Shown here one piece after another: positions 1-10,200 of a DNA stretch of 64,000 nucleotides. The stretch lies in assembly GCF_009914755.1 (NCBI RefSeq), contig NC_060938.1; one strand, written 5' to 3'. The DNA is from the human T2T-CHM13v2.0 reference genome, Homo sapiens. Made by a program: the position numbers and the translations under genes. The first letter of the stretch is position 1. Each line of letters begins with the position of its first letter. The notes below the pieces were generated by a model that worked only from the letters and a program-made list of their open reading frames with translations, did no database searches and had not been told where the DNA came from.

Positions 1-3000
1 CAGAAAGAGTGTTTCCAAAAAGCTCCATCAAAAGAAAGGTTTAACACTGTAAGATAAATGCACACATTACAAAGAAGTCTCTCAGAATTCTTCTGTATAG
101 TTTTTTTGAGAAGCCACTTCTTTTTTCACTATAAGCCTGTCTGCTCACTAATAGCCCTCTGCAGATACTACAAAATACTCTTTCCAAACTGCTCAATCAA
201 AGTAAAGGTTCACATCTGTGAGATGAAAGCCCACGTCACAAAGAACTTTCTCAGAAAGTTTCCGTCTAGTTTTTATGTGAAGATATTTCCTATTTCTCCT
301 TAGGCCTCAAAGGGATCACAAATATCCCTATTCAGATTCTACAAAAAACTGTTTCCAAACTGCTTCATCAAAAGAAAGGTTCAACTCTGTGAGATCAATG
401 CACACATACAAAATTAGTTTCTCAGAATGCTTCTGTCTAGTTTTTATGTGAAGTTATTACTTTTTCACCATATGTCTCAAACCGCAAACAAATATTCCTT
501 TGCAGATTGCACAAAAAGTATGTTTCCACACTGCTCAATGAACAGAAAGGTTCAACTCAGTGAGATGAATGCAAACATCACAAAGAGTTTTCTCAAAATG
601 CTTCTGTCTAGGTTTTAGGTGAAGATATTTACTTTTTCACCATAGGCCTCAAACTGCTCACAAATATCCCTTTGCAGATTCTACAAAACAACTTGTTGCC
701 AAAGTGCTCAATGAAAAGCAAGGTCCAAATCTGTGAGATGAAAGCACACATCACAAAGAAGTTTCTCAGAAAGTTTCTGTCTAGTTTTTAAATGCAGATA
801 TTTTCTTTTTCACTATAGGCCTCAAAGCACTCCAAATATCGGTTTGCAAGCTCTACAAAAGAGTGTTTCCAAACTGCTCAATCAAAAGAGAGGTTCAACT
901 CTTTGTGGTGAAAGCACACAGCACAAAGAAGTTTTACAAAAAGCTTCTGTCTAGTTTTTATGTGAAGACATTTCCTATTTCACCATAGGCCCCAGTGGGC
1001 TCACAAACATCCCTTTGCAGATTCTACAAAAGAATTCTTTCCAAACTGCTCAATCCACGGAAAGTTTCAACTCTGTGACATGAGTGCATACATCACAAAG
1101 AAGTTTCTCAGAATGCTTCTCTCTAGTTTTTATGTGAAGAAATTTCTTGTTCACCATAGGCCTGAAATGCTGCAAATATCCATCTTCAGATTCTACAAAA
1201 AGAATGTTTCCAAACTGCTCAATCAAAAGAAAAGTTCAACTCTGTGAGATGAAAGCACACATCACAAAGAAGTTTCTCAGAAAGCTTCTGTCTAGTTTTT
1301 TTGTGAAGATATTCCCTATTTCACCATAGTCCTGAAAGGGCTCACAAATATCCTTTTGCATATTATACAAAAAGACTGTCCCCAAACTGCTCAATCAAAA
1401 GAAAGTTTCAACTCTGTGTGATGAATGCACACATTACAAAGAAGTTTCTCAGAATGCTTTTGCTAGTTTTTATATGAAGATATTTCTCTTTCACAGTAGG
1501 CCTCAAATGGCTCAGAAATATCCCTTTGCAGATTGTACAAAAAGACTGTTTCCAAACTTCTCAATCAAAGAAAGGTTCAACCCTGTGACACGGAAGCAAA
1601 CATCACAAAGTAGTCTCTCAGAAATCTTCTGTCTATTTTTTATGTGATGATATCTCCTATATCACCATGGGCCATTTAGGGCTCAAAAATTTTTTTTTTG
1701 CAAATTCTACAAAAAGACTGTTTCCAAACTGCTCAATCCAAAGGAAGTTTCAACTCTGTGAGATGAATGGACACACCACAAAAAAGTTTATCAGAATGCT
1801 TCTATCTACTTTTTATGTGAAGACATTTCTTTTTCACCCTAGGCTTCAATGGGCTTAGAAATATCCCTTTGCAGATTCTGCAAAAGGACTGTTTCCAAAC
1901 TTCTCAATCAAAGAAAGGTTCAACTCTATGAGATGAATGCACACATCACATAGATGTTTCTCACAATCCTTCTGTCTATTTTTTATGTGAAGGTATTTCC
2001 TTTTTCACCATAGGCCTCCAAGCACTCCAAACATCCATTTGCTGATTCCACAAAAAGACTGTTTCCAAACCCCTCAATCAAAGAAGGATTCAACCGTATG
2101 AGATGAATGCACACGTCACAGAGATGTTTCTCACAATGCTTCTGTCTATTTTTTATGTGAAGGTATTTACTTTTTCACCATAGGCCTCAAAGCGCTCCAA
2201 ACATCCATTTGCTGATTCCACAAAAGGACTGTTTCCAAACTGCTCAATCAAAAGAAAGGTACAACTCCGTGTGTTGAAAGCACACATCACAAAGAAGTTT
2301 CTCAGAAAGCTTCTGTCTAGTTTTTCTTTGAGGATATTTCCTGTTTCACCATGGGCCATAAAGGGCCCAAAAATATTTTTCACAGATTCTACAAAAAGAC
2401 TGTTTCCAAACTGCTCAATCCAAAGAAAGTTTCAACTCTGTGAGATGAATGGACACAAGACAAAGTAGTTTCTCAGAATACTTCTGTCTAGGGTTTATGT
2501 GAGATATTTCCTTTTTCACCATAAGCCTCAAAGTGCTCAAATATCCATTTGCAGATTCCACAAAAAGACTGTTTCCAAGTTGCTCAATGAAAAGAAAGTT
2601 TCAACTCTATGAGGTGAAAGCACACATCACAAAGAAGTTTCTCAGAATGTATCTTTCTAGATATTTTGTGAAGATATTTCCTTTTTCAACATAGGCCTCA
2701 AATCACTCCAAGTATCCATTTGCAGATTCTACCAAAAGACTGTTTACAAACTGCTAAATCAAAATAAAGTTTCAGCTCTGTGATATGAATGCAGGCATCA
2801 CAAAGAAGTATCTCAGAAAGCTTCTGTTTAGTGTTTATCTGAAGATATTTCCTTTTTCTCCATAGACTTCAAAGCTCTCCAAATATGCATTTCCAGATTC
2901 TATAAAAAGTCTGTTTCCAAACTGCTCAATGAAAAGAAAGGTTCAACTCTGTGAGATGAAAGCACATATCACAAAGAAGTTTCTCAGAATGTTTCTTTCT

Positions 3001-3799
3001 AGTTTTTTTTGGAAGATATTTCCTTTTTCACCATAGGCCTCAAAGCACTCCCAATATCCATTTGCAGATTCTACAAAAAGACTGTTTACAAACTGCTCAA
3101 TCAAAAAAAGTTTTCAACACTGTGAGATGAATGCACACATTACAAAGTAGTTTCCCAGAAAACTTCTGTTTAGTTTTTATGTGAAGATATTTCCTTTTTC
3201 ACCATAGGCCTCAAAACACTCCAATTATCCATTTGCAGATTATGCAAAAAGAGTGTTTCCAAACTGCTCATTCAAAAGAAACACTTAACTCTTTGAGATG
3301 AAAGCAATCATTAAAAATAAGTTTCTCAGAAAGCTTCTGTCTAGCTTTTATGTGAAGATATTTCCAATATCACCAAAGGCCTCAATCGGCTGAGAAGTAT
3401 CCTTTTGGGGATTCTACAATAGGACTGTTTCCAAAGTGCTCTAGCAAAGGAAAGGTTCAACTCTGTGAGATGAATGCACACATCACTAAAAAGTTTCTCA
3501 GAAAATTTCTGTGTAGTTTTTATGTGAAGATATTTCTTACTTCACCCCAGGCCTCAAAGGATTCACAATTATCCCTTTGTAGATTTTACAAAAAGACTGT
3601 TTCCAAATCTTCAATCAAAGAAATGTTCAAATGTGTGAGATGAATGCAAACCTCACAAAGAAGTTTCTTAGAATTCTTCCATCAAATTTTTATGTGATTA
3701 TATTTCCTTTTTTACCATAGGCCTCAATAAGCTCCAAATATACATTTGCAGATTCTACAAAAAGAGTGTTTCCAAACTGCTCAATCAAAAGAAAGGTTC

Positions 3800-4825
3800 A
3801 ACTCTGTGAGATGGAAGCACACATCACAAAGAAGTTTCTTAGAAACCTTCTGTCTAGTTTTTATGGGAAGATATTTCGTATTTCACCATAGGCCTCAATG
3901 GGCTCAGAAATATACCTTTGTAGATTCTATAAAAGGATTGTTTACAAACTGCTCCAACCAAAGAAAGGTTCAACACTGTGAGATGAATTCACACATCACA
4001 AAGAAGTTTATCAGAAAGCTTCTGTCTAGTTTTTATGTGAAGATATTTCCTTGTTCACCATAGGCCTCAAACTGCTCGCAAACATCACTCTACAGATACT
4101 ACAAAAAGACTGTTTCCAAACTGTTCAATCAAAAGAAGGGTTTAACTCTGTGTGATAAATTCACACGTCACCAAGAAGTTTCTCAGAATGCTTCTGTCTA
4201 GTTTTTATGTGAAGATATTTCCTTTCTCACGAAGGCCTCAAACCACTCCAAATATCCATTGCAGATTCTACAAAAAGATGGTTTCCAAACTGCTCAATGA
4301 ATAGAAATGTTCAACTTTGTGAGATGGAAGCACACATCACAGAGAAGTTTCTTAGAAACCTTCTGTCTTGTTTTTATGGGAAGATATTTCATATTTCACC
4401 ATAGGCCTCAATGGGCTCAGAAATATACCTTTGCAGATTCTACAAAAGGATTGTTTACAAACTGCTCAATCCAAAGACAGGTTCAACACTGTGAGATTAA
4501 TTCACACATCACAAAGAAGTTTCTCAGAAAGCTTCTGTCTAGTTTTTATGTGAAGATATTTCCTTGCTCACCATAGGCCTCAAACTGCTCACAAACATCC
4601 CTCTACAGATACTACAAAAAGACTGTTACCAAACTGTTCAATCAACAGAAGGGTTCAACTCTGTGTGGTAAATGCACACGTCACCAAGAAGTTTCTCAGA
4701 ATGCTTCTGTCTAGTTTTTATGTGAAGATATTTCCTTTCTCACGAAGGCCTCAAACCACTCCAAATATCCATTTGCAGATTCTACAAAAGATGGTTTCCA
4801 AACTACTCAATGAATAGAAAGGTTC
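3800..4825. repeat. Tandem duplication of a 3-monomer (513-bp) alpha satellite block
   Basis: Shared rare variants exactly 513 bp apart: GAGATGGAAG at 3808/4321, CACGAAGGCC at 4228/4741 and ATGAATAGAAA at 4297/4810. Confidence 0.88.
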
Positions 4826-5326
4826 AACTATGTGAGATGAAAGCACACATCACAAAGAAGTTTCATAAAATGTTGCTTTCTAGTTTTTAAGTGAAGATAT
4901 TTCCTTTTTCACCATAGTCCTCAAAGTGCTCCAAATATCCATTTGCAGATTCTACAAAAAGTGTGTTTTCAAACTACTCAATCAAAAGAAAGGTTCAACT
5001 CTGTGAGATGAAAGCACACATCAAAAATAAGTTTCCAGAAATCTCCTGACTAGTTTTTATCTGAAGATATTTCCTATTTCACCGTAGGCCTCAATGAGCT
5101 CACAAATATCCCTTTGCAGATTCTACAAAAGGACTGTTTTGAAACTACTCAATGAGAAGAAAGGTTCAACTCTGTGAGACGAATGCATACATCACAAAGA
5201 TGTTTCTCAGAATGCTTCTGTCTAGTTTTTAGGTGAAGATATTTCCTTTTTCACCATAGGCCTCAAAGTGCTCACAAATATCTCCTTGCAGATTCTACAA
5301 CAACAGAGTATCCAAATTGATTAATC

Positions 5327-5340
5327 AAAAGAATGCTTCA
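5327..5340 (+). repeat. Left target-site duplication of the L1 (AAAAGAATGCTTCA)
   Basis: Matches AGAAGAATGGTTCA at 6515-6528 (12/14). It is preceded by TTAATC, giving a TC/AAAA site similar to the L1 endonuclease TT/AAAA consensus. Confidence 0.8.
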
Positions 5341-6249
5341 CATAAAATCTGTAGAAGAAAACCTAGGCAATACCATTCAGGACATAGGCATGGGCAAGGA
5401 CTTCATGTCTAAAACATCTAAAGCAATGTCAACAAAAGCCACAATTGACAAATGGGGTCTCATTAAACTAAGGAGCTTCTGCACAGCAAAAGAAACCACC
5501 ATCAGAGTGAACAGGCATCCTACGGAATGGGAGAACATTTTTGCAACCTACTCATCTGACAAAGGGCTAATATCTAGAATCTACAATGAACTCAGACAAA
5601 TTTACAGGAAAAAAACAAACAACCCCATCAAAAAGTGGGCAAAGGATATGAACAGACATTTCTCAAAAGAAGATATTTATGCAGCCAATGAACAAATGAA
5701 AAAATGCTCATCTCCACTGGCCATCAGATAAATGCAAGTCAAAACCACAATGAGATACCATCTCACACCAGTTAGAATGGCGATCATTAAAAAGTCAGGA
5801 AACAACAGGTGCTGGAGAGGATGTGAGAAATAGGAACATTTTTGCACTGTTAATGGGACTGTAAACTAGTTCAACCATTGTGGAAGTCGGTATGGAGATT
5901 CCTCAGGGATCTAGGACTAGAAATACCACTTGACCCAGCCATGTCATTACTGGGTATATACCCAAAGGATTATAAATCATGCTGCTATAAAGACACATGC
6001 ACTCGTATGTTTATAGTGGCACTATTCACAATAGCAAAGACTTGGAACCAACGTAAATGTCCAACCACGATAGACTGGATGAAGAAAATGTGGCACATAT
6101 ACATCATGGAACACTATGCAGCCATAAAAAATGATGAGTTGATGTCCTTTGTAGGGACATGGATGAAGCTGGAAACCATCATTCTCAGTGAACTATCACA
6201 AGGACAAAAAATAAAACACCACATGTTCTCAATCATAGGTGGGAATTGA
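5341..6249 (+). pseudogene. Disrupted LINE-1 ORF2p C-terminal fragment (includes the degraded Cys-rich CCHC region)
   Basis: ORFs 5333-5731 ([18 protein letters not shown]...KGLISRIY...[20 protein letters not shown]) and 5878-6249 (WKSVWRFLRDL...HMFSIIGGN*) match the L1 ORF2p C-terminus. The fragment is broken by a premature stop at 5729-5731 and an apparent 1-bp deletion near 5825 (GATGTGAGAAATAGG versus the consensus GATGTGGAGAAATAGG). Confidence 0.93.
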
Positions 6250-6491
6250 ACAATGAGAACACATGGACACAGGAAGGGGAACATCACACACCACACACCA
6301 GGGACTGTAGTCAGGTGTGGGGAGGGGGAGGGATATCCTTAGGAGATATACCTAATGCTAAATGATGAGTTCATGGGTGCAGCACACAAACATGGCACAT
6401 GTATACATGTGTAACAAACTTGCACGTTGTACACATGTTTCCTAAAAATTAAAATATAATAATAATAAAAGTAAATAAATAAATAAATAAA
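5341..6491 (+). mobile_element. 5'-truncated LINE-1 (L1PA, probably around L1PA4), ~1.1 kb 3' fragment with A-rich tail
   Basis: Starts in ORF2 sequence (GAAGAAAACCTAGGCAATACCATTCAGGACATAGGCATGGGCAAGGACTTCATG). The 3'UTR has GGAACATCACACACC, a G-rich tract, GGAGATATACCTAATGCTAAATGA and TGCACGTTGT...CCTAAAA.TTAAA.TATAATAAT, followed by a (TAAA)n tail. The subfamily call rests on remembered diagnostics and is tentative. Confidence 0.95.
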
Positions 6492-6514
6492 CCCAGAGCT
6501 CCAAAAAAAAATAG

Positions 6515-6528
6515 AGAAGAATGGTTCA
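6515..6528 (+). repeat. Right target-site duplication of the L1 (AGAAGAATGGTTCA)
   Basis: The alpha monomer resumes in register (...GGTTCAACTCTATGAG) with the monomer interrupted at 5340. Confidence 0.8.
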
Positions 6529-7288
6529 ACTCTATGAGAAGAATGCACACATCACAAATAAATTTCTCAGAAAGCTTCTGTCTACATTTTATATGAAGAT
6601 ATTTCCTTTTTCACCATAGGCCTCAAAGCACTCACAAATATCCCTTTGCAGATTCTACAAGAAAAGAGTTTCCCATCTTCTCAATGAAAAGAAACGTTTA
6701 CCGCTGGGAGATGAATGCACACATTACAAAGCAGTTTCTCAGAAACCTTCTGTCTAGTTTTTATGTGAAGATATTTCCTTTTTCGCCATAGGCCTGAAAG
6801 CACTCACAAATATCTCATTGCTGATCCTACAAAAAGACTGTTTCCACACTGCTCAGTCAAAAGAATGGTTCAACTGTTTGAGATGAGTGCACTCCAAACA
6901 CAGAAGTGTCTCAGAAAGATTCTCTCTAGTTTTCATGTGAATATATTTCCTTTTTCACCATTGGCCTCCAAGTGTTCACAAATATCCCTTTGCAGATTCT
7001 ACAAAAAGACGATTTCCAATATGTTCAATCAACAGAAAGGTTCAAATCTCTGAGACTAATTCACAAATGACAAAGCAGTTTCTCAGAAACATTCTTTCTA
7101 GTTTTTCTCTGAAGATATTTCCTTTTTCACCATAGGCTTCAAAGTGCTCACAAATATCCTTTTGCAGATTCTACAAAAAAAATGATACCAAACTGCTCAA
7201 ACAAAAGAATTGTTCACATCTGTGAGATGAATGCACACATCACAGAAAACTTTAGCAGAAAGCTTCTGTCTACATTTTATGTGAAGAT
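6515..7288. repeat. Monomeric alpha satellite, ~4.5 units, same orientation as 1-5340
   Basis: Same ~171-bp motifs (GAAGATATTTCCTTTTTCACCATAGGCCTCAAAGCACTCACAAATATCCCTTTGCAGATTCTACAA). Ends abruptly at ...TTTTATGTGAAGAT. Confidence 0.96.
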
Positions 7289-10200
7289 CGGAGTGCAGTG
7301 GAGTGGAATGGAATGGAATGGAATGGAGTAGAGTGAAGTCTAGTGGTGTGGATTGGAGTGGAGAGGAGTGAAATGGAATGGAGTGGATTTCAAAAAAATG
7401 GAATGGAATGGAGTGGTGTGTAGTGGAATGGAATGGAGCAGAGTGAAGTGGAATAGAATGGAGTGGAATGGAATGGAGAGGAGTGGAATGGAATGGAGTG
7501 GAGTGGAGGGGATTGGAGTGGAGTGGAGGGGATTGGAGTGGAGTGGAGTGAAGTGGAGTTAAATGGAGTGGAATGGTATGGAATGGAAATGAATGGAATG
7601 GAGTGGAATGGAATGGAATGGAGTGGAGTGGAGTTGAATGGAGGGGAATGGAGTGAAATGGAGTGGAGTGGAATGGAATGGAGTGGAATTGAACGGAGAG
7701 GAAATGAATGAAACGGAATGCAACACAGTGGAATGAAGTGGAGTGGAGTGCAGTGGAGTTGAGTGGAGTGGATAGGAATGCAGTGCAATGGAATGGAATG
7801 GAATGTAAGGGAGTGGAGTGGAGTGGAGTGGATTGGAGTGGAGTGGAGTGGAGTGGAATGGAGTGGAATGGCATGGAGTGGAGTGGAATGGAAAGGAATG
7901 GAATGAAATTGAATGGAATGGAAAGGAATGGAATGCAACGGAATGGAACAGAATGGAGTACAGTGGAGAGGAGTTGAGTGGAGTGGATCGGAGTGCAGTG
8001 GAATGGAATGGAATGGAATGGAATGGAATGGAATGGAATGGAATGGGATGGAGTAGAGTGGAATGGAAAGGAGTGGAGTGGAATGTAATGGAATGTAATG
8101 GAAAGGAATGGGATGGAGTGGAGTGGAATGGAAAGGAGTGGAGTGGAATAGAATGGAGTGGAGTGGAATGGAATGGAGTGGAGTGGAGTGGAATGGAGTG
8201 GAGTGGAGTGGAATGGAATGGAGAGGAGTGCAGAGTAATGGTATGGATTGGAATGGAATGGAAGGGAGTGGAGTGCAGTGGAGTGGATAGGAAGGCAGCG
8301 GAATTGAATGGAGTGGAATGGAATGGAGTGGAGTAGAGTGGAGTGGAGTGGAGTTGAGTGGGATGGATCGGAGTGAAGTGGAATGGAATGGAATGGAGTG
8401 GAGTTTAGTGGAGTGGAGTGGAGAGGAATTTAATGGAAAGGAGTGGACTGGAAAGTTTTGGAGTGGATAGGAAGGAATGGAACATAAAGGAATGGAATGG
8501 AATGGAAAGGAAAGGAACGGAATGGAGTGGAGTGCAGTGGAGTTGAGCCGAGTCAATGTGAGTGCAGTGGAAAGGAAAGGAATGGAATGGAACAGAATGG
8601 AACGGAATGGAACGGAATGGAATGGAGTAAAGTGGGATGGAAGGGAGTGCAGGAGAGTAGAGTGGAGTGGAGTGCAGTGGAGTGGAGTGGAATGGAATGG
8701 AATGGAGTTGAATGGAATGGAAAGTAATGGTGAAATGCATTGTGAGCTAAGATTTTGCCACTGCACTCCAGTCTGGGTGACAAAGTGAGATCCAAATGAA
8801 ATAAACTAATCGAATGGAATGCAGTAGAATGGAAGGGAATGGAGTGGAGGGGAGTGGAGTGCAGTGGACTGGAGTGGAACGCAGGGAATGGAATGGAGTG
8901 GAGTGGAACGGAGGGGAATTGAATGGAGTAGAGTGGAATGGAATGGAAAGGAACAGAATGGAATGGAATGGAACAGAATAGAATGGAAGGTAACAGAATG
9001 AAGTGGAGTGGAGAGGAGTGCAATTGAGTGGAGTGGATCGGAATGGAGTGGAATGGAATGGAATGAAATGGCATGGAATGGAGTGGAATGGAATGGAGTG
9101 GAGTGGAGTGGAGTAGAGTGGAGTGGAGTGGAGTGGAGTGGAGTGGAATGGAATGGAATGGAATGCAATGGAATGGTGAAATGTAATGTGAGCTAAGATT
9201 GTGCCACTGCACTACAGTCTGGGTGACAGAGTGACATCCAATAGAAATAAAGGAATGGAATGGAATAGAGTAGAGTGGAATGGAATGGAGTGGAGTGGAA
9301 TGGAATGCAGTGGAACGAAGTGGAATGGAGTGTACTGGAATGGAGTAAAGTGGAATTGAGTGGAACGAAAAGAAATGGAATAGAGAGGAATGGAATGGAA
9401 TGGAGTGGAATGGAATGAAGTGGAATGGAGCATAATGGAATGGAGTGGAGTGGAATGGAGAGGAATGGAGAGGAAAGGAATGGAATGGAATGGATGGAAT
9501 GCAATGGAATGGAATGGAATGGAATAGAGTGGAATGGAATGGAATGGAATGGAGTGGAATGGAATGGAACGCAAATCAGTGGCATGGAATGGAGTGGAGA
9601 GGAATGGAGTGGAATGAAGTGGAATGGAGTTGAATGGAGTGGAATGGAGTGAAATGGAGTGGAATGGAATGGAGTGGAGTGGAATGGAATGGAGTGGAAT
9701 GGAAAGGAACGGTACAGAATGAAAAGGAACGGAATGGAACAGAGTGCAGTAGAGTGGAGTGAGAGGAGTGGATCGGAGTGCAGTGGAACGGAATGGAATG
9801 GAATGGAGTGGAGTGGAGTGCAGTAATGGAATGGAGTAGAATGGAGTGGAGTGGAGTGGAGTGGAGTAATGGAATGGAGTAGAATGGAGTGGAATGGAAG
9901 GGAGTGCAGTGGATTGGAGTAGAATGCCGTGGAATGGAATGGAGTGGAGTGGAATGGAGTGGAATGGAATGGAATGGAATGAAATAGAATGGAATGGAAG
10001 GGAAAGGAGTGGAGTGGAATGGAGTGGAATGGAATGGAATGGAATGGAATGAAATAGAATGGAATGGAAGGGAACGGAGTGGAGTGAAGTGGAGTTGAGT
10101 GGAGTGGATTGGCCTGTAGTAGAATGGAATGGAATGGAAGGGAATGAAATGGAATAGAGTGGAGTGGAATGGAATGGAGTGGTATGGAGTGGAGTGGAAC

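Larger units (their letters stand above)
1..5340. repeat. Monomeric (divergent) alpha satellite, ~31 units of ~170-172 bp
   Basis: Motifs recur every ~171 bp: TTTCCAAACTGCTCAATCAAAAGAAAGGTTCAACTCTGTGAGATGAA, CACATCACAAAGAAGTTTCTCAGAA and TTCTGTCTAGTTTTTATGTGAAGATATTTCCTTTTTCACCATAGGCCTCAAA. The box position carries the A-type TTCCTTTTTCACCATAG (pJalpha-like) motif. No CENP-B box (TCCCGTTTCCAACGAAG on this strand) was seen. Neighbouring units are highly divergent, with no regular HOR. Confidence 0.97.

Noticed and set aside
58-4576. Short ORFs in alpha satellite (FPNCSIKRKVQLCEM...)
   Set aside because: Translations of 171-bp satellite monomers with frequent stops; a well-known annotation artefact.
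5333-6249. Functional L1 ORF2
   Set aside because: 5'-truncated (no promoter, ORF1, endonuclease or RT domain), with a stop and a frameshift.
6114-6548. Minus-strand ORFs over the L1 3'UTR and tail
   Set aside because: Antisense to L1 and low-complexity tail sequence; no coding support.
1-7288. Active centromeric HOR or CENP-B boxes
   Set aside because: Only A-type boxes were seen, the monomers are divergent and L1-interrupted, and only isolated local duplications occur.
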